64,000 bases of DNA, taken from IMG/VR virus record IMGVR_UViG_3300031998_000001, positions 323,655 through 387,654 of that record. One strand, written 5' to 3'. This stretch comes from a virus (Duplodnaviria > Heunggongvirae > Uroviricota > Caudoviricetes). The translations under genes and the position numbers were made by a program. How positions within the stretch are numbered: position 1 is the stretch's first letter; each line of letters opens with the position of its first letter. Positions 9,113-19,301 of this stretch are shown here, piece after piece. The notes beneath the pieces were generated by a model, which saw nothing but the letters and a program-made list of their open reading frames with translations, was not told where the DNA came from and did no database searches.

Positions 9113-12100
9113 CTATCTTCTCTCGAACACTATGCTCATACCGAAGCAGTAGTTCTTTTTCTTCTTTATGTTATAGACAAGTTTGGTGTTAAGCCCGCCC
9201 GAAGCATATACGCCCTTCGTAACATCGTCCGTGATGCGAAGCCCGTCCGTGTACTTGCCCGTGTCGTCCACCCCGAAGTACGAGTAGTCCTGAACTGGCG
9301 AGTATGCCGAAGCGTCCTTCACCCAGAGCGAGATGTCCTTTATCCTGTAGAGTTTTAGGAGGTTCTCGTTTATGTAGGCATCTATGTCGTCGTCTATCGT
9401 CTCCTTGTCCCCGTAACTGAAAACTTCGGCAACCCACTTCTCCATCTCTGGGCGCAGGCTCTCGTGCAACGACTTGCGGAGTATCCTCTCCCCGTTGACC
9501 GAGAATGTTATCGCGTCTTTCTTCTCCGCAGTCGATGCGACCACATCCGTCTTGGTGAGGAAAACCGTCCTCGACCCCCTCACCGAATAGTCGAATACAT
9601 CGGCTGAAATCTCGTCTGGCAGGGAGAATTGCTTGCTCCCCAAGAAACTCTTGTGCTCCGCCATACTCGAAGTGCCGTGTACGAAACGCTCCCTTATCGT
9701 GTTTATCGTCAGCGTGTAGTAGTACGGGTCGAAGTTCGAGCCGAACACATTCACACCATACCTCGTGCCGAACGGAACTATGTTGGCAAGCGGCATAAGT
9801 TTCTTCTTCGCCACGACCGTATTGGCGGACTGGATTGTGGATGTATTCCCGCCGTTCACCCTGTGGAAGTGAAGCACAGGCAGAAGCCCGAAGCCCTCGT
9901 ATTTCCAAGCGAACTCGGTATGCGCCCCGCGCGTCCTGCGGAGGAACTCCGCCTGCTTCTCATCGGCAGTGCCGAGCATATACTCTCCCGTGAAGGCATC
10001 CTTGAAATAAAGTATGTCCCTGAAAAGAGGCTCGTAGAAGCCTCCGTTGCGAACCATACGGGAAATGCTGTACCCCCTCGTCACATACTCTATGCTCTGC
10101 GACGCGATGCTCTTCGTCGGGACAAGGTAGTTGTACTTGGCGTTGATTATCCTCGGCAGGAAGTGTATGCAGTAGTTCCAGTTGCGGGACGGCTCGCCAG
10201 CACCCTCCTCGCCAGCATACACGCTCGTCCTGACCACACCGTCGTCCCCTACCTGATGGTATCTTACAGTCCCCTTCTGCTCGGTGTTGACTACGTGGAA
10301 TATGTTGCTGAATATGCACCCGTCATACGAGCCGAGTATCTCCGACTTCTCGCGGTTTACGATTATGTACGAGTACCTGCTGTTGGGGGTGACGCTCGAC
10401 TGTGAGCCTTCCGTAATATGCCTGCACCTGACCGTAGTGTCGCTTATCTTCCTTATGACCTTGAATATGTTTCCGTCAAGTGTCGGAATCTGGGAGTTGT
10501 ATGTAACTATGGTATTCCTCTCGTAGTCAACTATGTCCTTCATAAATGTACCGTCTGGTGCATACAAGTCGTACACTTCGTCACCTACAAGGGTGACACG
10601 CACCAGCCCGTTGCCCTCCGTACAGTATTTCCTTTCGGACTTGATGGAAGGGTAGTTGTAGAGCACAGTCCTCGTGAGTTGGAGCGCATTCGTGTATTCC
10701 ACCTCGCTCCCCCATTCCCTGCGGGGGCGGAGCGTTCCGTCCTCGTCCACAACATTGTCCCTGTATGCAATCACATTCTGGACATACTTGACGACGCAGA
10801 TGAACTTGAACTTGTCATTGCGGACTATCTGCAAAGGAAGGTTGTATCTCCCATAGTCGTCGGTCGGGACGATGACCGCACTGAACCTGTATCCGTTCAA
10901 GCCGCCCGTGCTGGCGGTGCGGATGCTGTTCATATTGTTGTCGATTGCCTGCGACTCGTCCGTCTTTTCGAGTGCCTCTATCCCTATGCCGTGGAAATAT
11001 GTTACGCTCGGATAGTCGTCAGTGCCGTGCGAGAATATGCTCCACCTGTCCCTGTACGAAAGGCTGTCCTCGACCGCCGTGACTTCGGCACTGTTGTCAA
11101 GAAGCCCGTACACTGGCGCGGTGTCGCAGGAGAATATCTGCGTGAAGAAATCACCCCCGTCAACGGAAAGAAGCCTGTCCACCACGCTTCCGTCCCACCT
11201 GTTCGGAAGAATGTCCTTCTCCGTGAAGCCGAGATAAGACCAGCCCTTGTGGTAGTCCTCGCCCTTTGCGAACGGATACCTGTCCATTATGTACATCCAT
11301 TCCTGCGTAAACGCCTTCGGGTCGAGGTTGTCGTTATAGACGCTCGGCGAGAAGTTGAACTCCCCGAACGCATTGTTCGGCAAGTGCCTGTACCTCTTCT
11401 CGCGGACATTGTTGCCCTTGTACTGCTGAACCCACTTCCCGATATACGGGACTACCTTGCTGACAAGGCAACTCTCCGCATTGTAGTTCTCGTAGTACCT
11501 GTCATATTCGTTCGTTATGCTGTCCGAAGTTTCCGATGTTATGTCACCGTAAAGGGACGGGTACTCGAATGTGTCGTCAACATCTATGCCGCTGCCTCCG
11601 CCCCCGCTCGGCTTCGCCTTGAACTTTATCTCGACCTCGTATATGGCATCGTCCTGTTCAACAGGATTTATATTGTTATCGTTTATGTTGTTGTTCGGCG
11701 CATTCGTCACCGTACACACGACCTCCGAGTTTGTAAACTCCGTATCGACTTCTATTTCGATGGGATGTTCCCCGCGTTCGTCCGAATAATGTATCGTGCC
11801 CCGCAACGGAAGCGTTGTATCGGCGTTCTCGCTGTCGGTGTCGCTGTCCTCGTCATCGCTTTCCTCGTCGCCACCGCCTTCGCCCTCGTCACCACCTTCG
11901 CCGTCGCTGTCCGCGCCACCCTCATCGTCATCGTCCGAATAGACATCGAGTTCAAGGGCAAGTTCGCCCATATCCCCGTATATCGAAACTTCCTCCGATG
12001 TATATGTGTCAAAGTCCTTCAGGGGGAAGAACGACAGCACCCCGAAGGTCGCTATAAATTGCCTATATATTGATACGCTGTCCTGCTCGACTATTATGCC

Positions 12101-14098
12101 CTGACCGTCAACAAGCACAATGTACTTCATACCGTCGGTGAAGTCGGTTATCACCCCGTCCTCGTTGACCGTTATGTCGTCAAGGCACTGGGCTATACCC
12201 GTAACCTCGCAGAAACCTCGCCCTATGTTCGCCCTTATGAAAGTCCCCTCCTTGTGGTCGAATACCGATATGTCGTCCGCGCCGACCGTTATGCTCTCGT
12301 TCTGGTTTCTCGGAGTGAACACGAAGGCATACTCCGTGTCCCCGACAACCGAGTTCACAAGTATCGGCTCGTTGTCGTCCCCGACCATAACCTCGTCGTT
12401 CTCGTCCACCGCAGGAGTAGCCGAAGCATAGTTGACGACATCCGTTCTCCTGCGTACAAGGGTGTTGAAGGAGAATATGCCGTCGCACCCGTCGTCCGTG
12501 TCAAGCCCGCACACCACAATCTCGTATGGGTTGCAGGCACTGTTCATTGTGCTTATTATCACCCTGTTGCGGTAGCAGTACACATCAAAGCCGTCCAGTC
12601 CCATTGACCGAAATGCGTTCTTGACCATCCTTGCGAGTTTGGACTTGTCCGAGTTCCTCCCGCAGAAGTATATCCCGTCCTGCCAGCCCTCCACATAGTG
12701 GTCGTCGTCTGGAATATCATCCTTGTATGCCGTCATTATGTGTCCCACCGCCACCCCGTCGCAACGCAACTCTATGCGGACAAGCGGCGGTATGTCGCCT
12801 ATGATGTCGAAGTATATCTGCTGGAAGTCCCAAGACCTCGCATTCCGTACAGCCTCGATTCTGGTTTCGTCCTCTGTGAAGCCAGCGAACTCCGCGAGGT
12901 CAACCTCCTTATCGACTATGCGTATCTTTCCGTCAACCCCGTTGTTCTCCGTATCGACCTTCCTCAACCCCAGTCGGGACTCCGCGAAGCACACGCAGGA
13001 ACGGTCGGCAAGCCACTGTACCGTCCGCCCGTCCTCCGTATAGTTCACGGGAAGGCTCACTTCCCGCCCGTCGGAAATGTACCTGACTGGAACAGGCACG
13101 CCGTCCTTGTCGGACACCACCTTCCTGCCAGAAAGGAGATACTTGTCGGTGTAGAGGTAGTCGAAGTCGAGCGTAAACCTCTCAAGCCCGACCTTGTTGC
13201 AGTACAGACCGAAGTATCTGGTGAAGCGGAACTCGTCCGCCTTCCTGTCGTTGAACAGGAACTCTATGTTGAGGACATTCGCGCAGGCGAGCCTGTGCCT
13301 CTCGAAGCCGAATGTGGTATAACTGTCGAAGTCGGTTATCGGCTCGTCAATCTCGAAGTAGTGGGGGTGCTGCATTTCCGATATGCGCTTGAACCCGCCG
13401 TTCACTATGTCGATACCGCAGTATGTCGTCTCGTGCGTCCTCTCCACGCTAACCTCAAGGGGTGTCGGGGGAAAGTCCGTCTGTGAAATGTAGTTGTGCA
13501 GGTATGTGCCGAGCGGACTCTTCCTGTCGCGGAGGTCGAAGCAGGCTACGATGTCACACCTGTCGAGTATGTCCCTCTTGAAGTCCATATCCTCCATAAT
13601 GTCGTTCTCGGTATGCGTTTCCAGCCACTCCTTCATATTGAGGTACGACGGGTCGTCAATCCTGAACACGACAAAGTAGTCGGGGAACTGCTCCCCAATC
13701 CACAACGGCGCAAGCAAGCCCATCTCCTCGTCATATTCGAGGCTGTCGATATACTCGCACCCGTACCAGTACATAGTTTCGTACTGCTGGGAGTACCTGT
13801 CCTTTATGCCCATATCGGAGTATTCCTGCCCCACGACATAGGGCAACGAGTAGTCCGTGTCGGCATAGAACTTCGCCAAGTCCCTGTTGTATATCGAATC
13901 GGGGCTTACCCGAAAGTGCTTGTACGACTCGTTTGCGAGCGTCTCGTGAGCGTTGAAACTTTCAAGCCAGATGCCTTCCCCATTGGTCATAATCCGAGCA
14001 TTGGTGCTCAACTTCGGATTGGTGCGGAGAAGCCCGAAACTCGGAATGTCGTGCAACGAGTACGGGGAGCGGTCTATATCTACATATTTCTTTGTCAT
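9113..14098 (-). CDS. large virion structural protein (probable baseplate/tail component), 1661 aa
   Basis: Very long ORF with TATAAATA upstream (~14118-14125, -) and an acidic Gly/Asp linker; function inferred from context only. Confidence 0.6.
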   Translation of the reverse strand: MTKKYVDIDRSPYSLHDIPSFGLLRTNPKLSTNARIMTNGEGIWLESFNAHETLANESYKHFRVSPDSIYNRDLAKFYADTDYSLPYVVGQEYSDMGIKDRYSQQYETMYWYGCEYIDSLEYDEEMGLLAPLWIGEQFPDYFVVFRIDDPSYLNMKEWLETHTENDIMEDMDFKRDILDRCDIVACFDLRDRKSPLGTYLHNYISQTDFPPTPLEVSVERTHETTYCGIDIVNGGFKRISEMQHPHYFEIDEPITDFDSYTTFGFERHRLACANVLNIEFLFNDRKADEFRFTRYFGLYCNKVGLERFTLDFDYLYTDKYLLSGRKVVSDKDGVPVPVRYISDGREVSLPVNYTEDGRTVQWLADRSCVCFAESRLGLRKVDTENNGVDGKIRIVDKEVDLAEFAGFTEDETRIEAVRNARSWDFQQIYFDIIGDIPPLVRIELRCDGVAVGHIMTAYKDDIPDDDHYVEGWQDGIYFCGRNSDKSKLARMVKNAFRSMGLDGFDVYCYRNRVIISTMNSACNPYEIVVCGLDTDDGCDGIFSFNTLVRRRTDVVNYASATPAVDENDEVMVGDDNEPILVNSVVGDTEYAFVFTPRNQNESITVGADDISVFDHKEGTFIRANIGRGFCEVTGIAQCLDDITVNEDGVITDFTDGMKYIVLVDGQGIIVEQDSVSIYRQFIATFGVLSFFPLKDFDTYTSEEVSIYGDMGELALELDVYSDDDDEGGADSDGEGGDEGEGGGDEESDDEDSDTDSENADTTLPLRGTIHYSDERGEHPIEIEVDTEFTNSEVVCTVTNAPNNNINDNNINPVEQDDAIYEVEIKFKAKPSGGGGSGIDVDDTFEYPSLYGDITSETSDSITNEYDRYYENYNAESCLVSKVVPYIGKWVQQYKGNNVREKRYRHLPNNAFGEFNFSPSVYNDNLDPKAFTQEWMYIMDRYPFAKGEDYHKGWSYLGFTEKDILPNRWDGSVVDRLLSVDGGDFFTQIFSCDTAPVYGLLDNSAEVTAVEDSLSYRDRWSIFSHGTDDYPSVTYFHGIGIEALEKTDESQAIDNNMNSIRTASTGGLNGYRFSAVIVPTDDYGRYNLPLQIVRNDKFKFICVVKYVQNVIAYRDNVVDEDGTLRPRREWGSEVEYTNALQLTRTVLYNYPSIKSERKYCTEGNGLVRVTLVGDEVYDLYAPDGTFMKDIVDYERNTIVTYNSQIPTLDGNIFKVIRKISDTTVRCRHITEGSQSSVTPNSRYSYIIVNREKSEILGSYDGCIFSNIFHVVNTEQKGTVRYHQVGDDGVVRTSVYAGEEGAGEPSRNWNYCIHFLPRIINAKYNYLVPTKSIASQSIEYVTRGYSISRMVRNGGFYEPLFRDILYFKDAFTGEYMLGTADEKQAEFLRRTRGAHTEFAWKYEGFGLLPVLHFHRVNGGNTSTIQSANTVVAKKKLMPLANIVPFGTRYGVNVFGSNFDPYYYTLTINTIRERFVHGTSSMAEHKSFLGSKQFSLPDEISADVFDYSVRGSRTVFLTKTDVVASTAEKKDAITFSVNGERILRKSLHESLRPEMEKWVAEVFSYGDKETIDDDIDAYINENLLKLYRIKDISLWVKDASAYSPVQDYSYFGVDDTGKYTDGLRITDDVTKGVYASGGLNTKLVYNIKKKKNYCFGMSIVFERR

Positions 14099-14315
14099 CG
14101 TGGAAAAACACTATACATTATTTATATTCGGAACGATAACGCTTGCATACAAAACAAATAAGCCCAGCAACCACTGGGCTAAATATCACAATCTTAACAA
14201 GGCATTTGCAGGAGTATGTTGATGTGTTCTGCTACCGCCTTAACCACCGCCAGCCCGACAGTGCTTGGAGGCATCTGGTCGGGCTGGGGATAGGATGTGC
14301 TACGGCATAGAGATA

Positions 14316-14786
14316 TTATATATTAGTTCCTATTCCGAGTCGCTTGGCTTCTTTGGTAATATCATTACGGATTTCGTGTTTTTCAATATAAAGGTCGAAC
14401 ATAAACGATGTGAGATTACATTTACCCTGTTCAAAATCATCCAAATCTTTTGCGGACGGTTCAACAAAGTCAACATATTTGTTAGCAGTAGTAAATTTTC
14501 CAGTAACAGCCAATACTAATCTATTTTCTTGGTATGGGTCATAATACCAATCATTCATATTAAATTCGTGTCCGTGACATTGTTCATCGTTGAATTTTCT
14601 CATCAACCCCTCTAATGTGTCTGATTTTATATGCCCCATATCGAGTTCTATCGTATGCGGATTATACTCCTCTCCTCTGGTATAACTATCTTCGGCGATG
14701 ATACAATCGCAACTTCTAATGATATATTCTGTTTTATCGTCAAGTGTCTGACTATTCATCTCGTTCAATTTCTTAATATGTACCAT
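14316..14786 (-). CDS. putative head-internal protein (leader MVHIKKLNEM), AT-rich
   Basis: Leader motif; lies behind promoter box copy 2. Confidence 0.75.
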   Translation of the reverse strand: MVHIKKLNEMNSQTLDDKTEYIIRSCDCIIAEDSYTRGEEYNPHTIELDMGHIKSDTLEGLMRKFNDEQCHGHEFNMNDWYYDPYQENRLVLAVTGKFTTANKYVDFVEPSAKDLDDFEQGKCNLTSFMFDLYIEKHEIRNDITKEAKRLGIGTNI

Positions 14787-14797
14787 ATTCAATTCAG

Positions 14798-14866
14798 TTA
14801 TATTATTCTACTATTATTTATATTTTGCGTTTCCGCTGGGATTTGCTACCTTTGCCGATGAAAAGA
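14798..14866. repeat. 69-bp dual promoter box, copy 2
   Basis: Near-identical to 8031-8099. Confidence 0.85.
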
Positions 14867-14916
14867 TGGAAATTTCCCCATATATTATATATAGACAACA
14901 AATAGCATTTTAAAGT

Positions 14917-15135
14917 ATGGAAGCGCAGGAAGCAAAACTTTACAGGGACGGCGAGTACATCAAGAGCCTATGCCTCATCGGGAACGAGGACGATTTTGAT
15001 GAAATCACAATCGGAGATGACGGCAAGATGGTCGTCACGACATTCGAGACGGTCAAGAAGGGAAAGGGCGATAATGTCGAGTTCGTGGACGAGATGTTCA
15101 CATACGAGGGCATAACGAGGATTTCCTTCAAGTGA
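14917..15135 (+). CDS. hypothetical protein (72 aa)
   Basis: Downstream of the host-type promoter; terminator at ~15157-15184. Confidence 0.65.
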   Translation: MEAQEAKLYRDGEYIKSLCLIGNEDDFDEITIGDDGKMVVTTFETVKKGKGDNVEFVDEMFTYEGITRISFK

Positions 15136-15206
15136 GGCTCGCGTCTGGGCAAAACAAAAGGGGTATGCGATGCACACCCCTTTTATAATTATGCTCTGAC
15201 CGTCAA

Positions 15207-16997
15207 TTAGATGATGTCAACGCCTTCGAGTTTGATACCCAAAGTTACATACTGCAACTGTGGATTGTGACCAACCTCAACGATTGAGTAACGAGAACTC
15301 ATTACCATAACGGGACCGAATGTGAACTCCGAAGTGGTTTCCACTTTTTCTGCAAGCAGATATGGAGCAAACATCAAGCCGGGTTCGCCTTCCTTGCCCT
15401 TGCGACCAACGAGGATACGCATATCGTCAAGTTTCATATTCGGGTCAACATAGATTGAAATTCCCGAAAGGCTACCGATTGGGTAGAGGCTCTTGTTAAC
15501 ACCGAGAGTGTTGCTCATCGGGTAAGGCATAAATCCTGCGCAGTCCTGCAAAACCGCACCGATTGTTCCAGATACAACTGCGAAGTTGCCCTGTCCCAAA
15601 CGACCGCGAACGTGGATTACCTGCGAAGCATAGAGTATCTTCGACATAATGCGCCTCTGGATAGTACCCATTACTTCACCGCCAGCAGTAATGTTGACTG
15701 CCTTTGCACCTACTGTGATAGGTTCGCCGTCACGGTCGAAGCCCAACCAAATCTGTGCGGTGTCGCTTGAAGGAGTACCGTTTGTGAAGTAAGCGGAAAG
15801 TTTGCTAACACCAGCAACAGGAGATTCTACTTCCTCTACCTGCTTTGCGTTGATAGCACCGAGAGTAAACATCTTCTGGAGGATTTGCTTGTTGATGGTC
15901 TGTGTCAACTCGTCAGCCAACTTCGCCTCAACCTGTGCTACTGCGTCGATACCGTAAACCTTCAAGTCCTGTACCTGTTCGCGGGTGATTGCTGCGCTTA
16001 CCTTGATGGTGTCAGCCTTGTAGTCGATGTCGAACGACTTCAAACCAAGTTGTCTTGCTGGGGTTTCCTCACCGAGACCACGGCTGTATGCACGATAGTC
16101 GGTAGCAGGATTTTCGCCCAAGAAACCGCGACCGCTGTAAGAAGCGATATGGTTCTGGAGAGCCTTTACATTTTCAACTGGTTCAAGACCGTTTGCGAAA
16201 CCGATGCACTCGAAAAGAACTGGGCTTGACTGTCCAACTTCTTCAAGTGTGTAGTCAGGAGTTTCACCTCCCTTGTAAAGTCCGTTTACAAGTTCGTAGA
16301 TAGACTTTTCTGCACCTTCTCCACCGAGAACTGGGTTTTCTGAATGGTAAGCCTTTTCCATTACCCTGAATAATGGATAACCGTCAACCCTGTCAGGATA
16401 CAAGAATGTCAATTCGTAATCCGTAATCTGCTCGTTGTTTTTGTCAAAGAAAGCGTACTTGCGGTTAGGGGTGAAGCGATACTTCATTTCGCCTTCGCCT
16501 TCGATAGCGAACTTCGCGTTAACCTTAATCATATAAGGAGCAGCGGTGTTCTTGCCAGTGTAGTTTGAAGTTGCAAACGGGTCACTTGGGTGGATGCGTC
16601 CGCCTTCATATACATAGTCAAGATACTGCTGTGTTCCGTGAGGTGTGCTCATTGGAACAACATACAAAAGGTCGAGTGCGATAGTCTGTGCGGCAATCTG
16701 CAAGCCCAATGGAAGGGTTGAGAAAGTCTTGTCACCGCTACCTGCCAAGCCCGGTTCGTATGCTGCGCGTGTCTGTGCGCTTGGGAAAGCGATGTTACCC
16801 ATACCGCCGATGGTCATATTAGGATTAAGATGTGCGTGACCGTCAACGCTTTCGTTTAACATCTTTTCGTTCATTGAATGGAAGTAAGCGTACTTGCTCA
16901 TCCAGTTCAACTTGGTATTGTCGGTTACACCAAGAGATTCCTTGATGTGGTTAGCCCAACTCTGCTGAATCTGATTTTCGTTTAAGTTCAAATACAT
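15207..16997 (-). CDS. major capsid protein, T4 gp23-like
   Basis: IALDLLYVVPMSTPHG, TREQVQDLK..GIDA, ELTQTINKQIL, GNFAVVS, VYVDP-like, APY, SRY motifs of the gp23/gp24 family; N-terminal LNE/IKE/LNE cleavage-like sites; start re-called at MYLNLNE. Confidence 0.85.
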   Translation of the reverse strand: MYLNLNENQIQQSWANHIKESLGVTDNTKLNWMSKYAYFHSMNEKMLNESVDGHAHLNPNMTIGGMGNIAFPSAQTRAAYEPGLAGSGDKTFSTLPLGLQIAAQTIALDLLYVVPMSTPHGTQQYLDYVYEGGRIHPSDPFATSNYTGKNTAAPYMIKVNAKFAIEGEGEMKYRFTPNRKYAFFDKNNEQITDYELTFLYPDRVDGYPLFRVMEKAYHSENPVLGGEGAEKSIYELVNGLYKGGETPDYTLEEVGQSSPVLFECIGFANGLEPVENVKALQNHIASYSGRGFLGENPATDYRAYSRGLGEETPARQLGLKSFDIDYKADTIKVSAAITREQVQDLKVYGIDAVAQVEAKLADELTQTINKQILQKMFTLGAINAKQVEEVESPVAGVSKLSAYFTNGTPSSDTAQIWLGFDRDGEPITVGAKAVNITAGGEVMGTIQRRIMSKILYASQVIHVRGRLGQGNFAVVSGTIGAVLQDCAGFMPYPMSNTLGVNKSLYPIGSLSGISIYVDPNMKLDDMRILVGRKGKEGEPGLMFAPYLLAEKVETTSEFTFGPVMVMSSRYSIVEVGHNPQLQYVTLGIKLEGVDII

Positions 16998-17307
16998 AAC
17001 TTTATTATATTCTATTATATTGCACTGTTTCGGCAAAATCAAACCTCAAGTGCCTTCCTTAAAGAAATGTATTGTTTTCGTCAACCAAGTTTTCTTCTCC
17101 TATAACTAATGTTTAAAAACAAAACATTATTCTTTCGCTATTATTTATATTTTGACTTTTTGCACGGTTTCCCGCCTCCGAAGAAACGCCCGTCCGCCGA
17201 GCCAGAATATTCCATAACCGCATTTTTCGACAAATGGGGCGCGGGAGGAAAAATGCAGAATGGAAACAAAACTCCCGCGCTCCAGATATTGCTTTTTATC
17301 ATTCATA

Positions 17308-18699
17308 TTAAAAACCGTTTAAACTCTTTAATATTAGGCTCGCCTTTGAAAAGCACCTCGAAAACCTTGTCCCGCAACGGTCGAAGGAAAGCCTGTATCT
17401 GACTCCAGACTTTTTTAACGCATCATACGCTTCCAGAAGGCTCGTGCCGTCGTCCAGACCAAATTCTTCCAACGACTTGGAGATGGACGCTCTGTAGGCT
17501 TCATAATCTGGAAACACTATGTTGCGCTTAATATCTTTTTTCTTTTCTATGTATTGCTGGTTGAACTCATATCCACGCCTGCCTATTTCGATTGATGCCA
17601 GAACCATATCGGGAAGGTTCAAATGCCTAAACACGAAGTTGCCGACAAACGAACTGTAGTTCGGCTTGACCTTCAGGAACTTTATGTCGAATATGTTGCA
17701 ACGCTTCTGCAAGTTAAGTTCAAGGCTGTTCCTGCACCAGTTATTATTGACAAGACGGTTGTATTTCTTTCCGTGCCCACAATCCTTGCCCCGTATATCC
17801 AAGTCCTCGGTTGCAAACATCTCGCAGCGGTAGTGCAGGCATATACGGATTAACTTCTTCGACACCTCGTATGCCTCGTGCAGACGCTTATCCGCCACAT
17901 ATATTTTCTTCGGGTCGGACGAATCTGTCTTGGACTTCGATAGTTGTTGTGCAATGTCGTTTATCGGCTTTACCGAAAATACACCCTGCCTTATGACATT
18001 ATAATCGGCTTCGCCCTTCCAGTCAACGACTGACCATCCTATGTAGTTCGGGTTCATATCAATAGCCATAACTCGGTTTTGTATAGCGTTGTCGCGCCTG
18101 TAGTGCTCGACCTGCGTTTCGTCGAACGACAGATATACATATTCCGAATCCAACTTGTATGTTATGGGCGTTGCCTTTGCGCACTGGAGTTCATACAGTT
18201 TCTCAAGCGTGCGCCTGCGCTTGCCGTATATGCCGATTAGATTTAGCGTATAATGGCTGTTCTTGTTAATCTGGAATGTTATTGACTGGAAATCATTGTT
18301 TATGCGGAACTTGCGGTTGGCAAAGCAGTTCGCCTCGCCCACGACCAATAGCGGTGATAACCGTTTGTCATCAAACGCTTCCTTCGTTATCAATCCCTTG
18401 CAACGGCGGATGAAGTTTCCACGCCCGCCGAATATGTATTTGGCATCTGGGTTGTCGGAACTCTTTATCGACTTGAAGATTGCACTCGCCTCCTGTTCCG
18501 CGCACGAAGCCATATAACTGTCCATAAGCCCGACATTATTTAACTCGAACTTTATCGCGTCCCTAATCCGCTTGCCGTTCCAGCCGCCGATGACACGGTT
18601 GTACGCGAAGCGGAGCGCGGACGAATACTGCCGCCTGCACTCACGGATAAAAGCCTTCGCTTCATCGCTCGCCTCGTATTTCAACTTCAATGTTATCAT
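17308..18699 (-). CDS. tnpB: TnpB/Cas12f-like RNA-guided RuvC nuclease (DxNP subtype, no Zn ribbon)
   Basis: RFAYNR N-terminus; RuvC-I AIDMNP, RuvC-II TEDL, VKPNYSS, RuvC-III PDMVLASIEIGRRG; no transposase adjacent. Confidence 0.8.
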   Translation of the reverse strand: MITLKLKYEASDEAKAFIRECRRQYSSALRFAYNRVIGGWNGKRIRDAIKFELNNVGLMDSYMASCAEQEASAIFKSIKSSDNPDAKYIFGGRGNFIRRCKGLITKEAFDDKRLSPLLVVGEANCFANRKFRINNDFQSITFQINKNSHYTLNLIGIYGKRRRTLEKLYELQCAKATPITYKLDSEYVYLSFDETQVEHYRRDNAIQNRVMAIDMNPNYIGWSVVDWKGEADYNVIRQGVFSVKPINDIAQQLSKSKTDSSDPKKIYVADKRLHEAYEVSKKLIRICLHYRCEMFATEDLDIRGKDCGHGKKYNRLVNNNWCRNSLELNLQKRCNIFDIKFLKVKPNYSSFVGNFVFRHLNLPDMVLASIEIGRRGYEFNQQYIEKKKDIKRNIVFPDYEAYRASISKSLEEFGLDDGTSLLEAYDALKKSGVRYRLSFDRCGTRFSRCFSKASLILKSLNGF

Positions 18700-18805
18700 C
18701 GGCTGATATACATATACATTACATATTATTTATGAATTTAATTCTTGCAATGCTTTTAAACGGTTTTAATACTGTTTCGGGTCATATTATTTATATTTCG
18801 AGTTT

Positions 18806-19234
18806 TTACATCCTCACGGCTCGGTCGTACAAGTCATTATAGTCGCTTCGGGAAACACCGATTGTCGTACAGCGCATACCCTTCTTCGATATGTGCGATT
18901 CGAGTTTCTCCACGAACAGCACCTCGTCGTCCTCCGTGCTGTCAACAAGTATGCAGACCGTATTGAAGTCGTCTGGACTGCGCTGAATGTCATCGATAAG
19001 CCCCATAATCTCGCTGTACCTGTCGATTATGCTGTACAGCCTGAATACCACAACGCCCGTGCTGGCGGCATACTCGGAAAGCCTGCCAGTGCATCTTATG
19101 CCGTTCCCGCCGACGACCTTCGCGATAACCTCGTCGTTGCCGTATTCCTCGCCCTCGCTGGTAACGAACACGAACTTCACGGAACTGCTCCCCGTATCCG
19201 ACAGCCTTTCGTTTATCTTCCTGATGTGTATCAT
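18806..19234 (-). CDS. putative head-internal protein (leader MIHIRKINE)
   Basis: Leader motif. Confidence 0.7.
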   Translation of the reverse strand: MIHIRKINERLSDTGSSSVKFVFVTSEGEEYGNDEVIAKVVGGNGIRCTGRLSEYAASTGVVVFRLYSIIDRYSEIMGLIDDIQRSPDDFNTVCILVDSTEDDEVLFVEKLESHISKKGMRCTTIGVSRSDYNDLYDRAVRM

Positions 19235-19301
19235 TTCCTATCCTGTTATATATTGACTATAAATTGGAAGGAAAGCAGGTCGCCCCGCCTTCCCGCCGTG
19301 T

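Noticed and set aside
14200-14312. tRNA, SRP RNA or known small ribozyme
   Set aside because: No cloverleaf or T-loop, no SRP GGAA loop motif and no hammerhead core seen; no tRNA was recognised anywhere in the window
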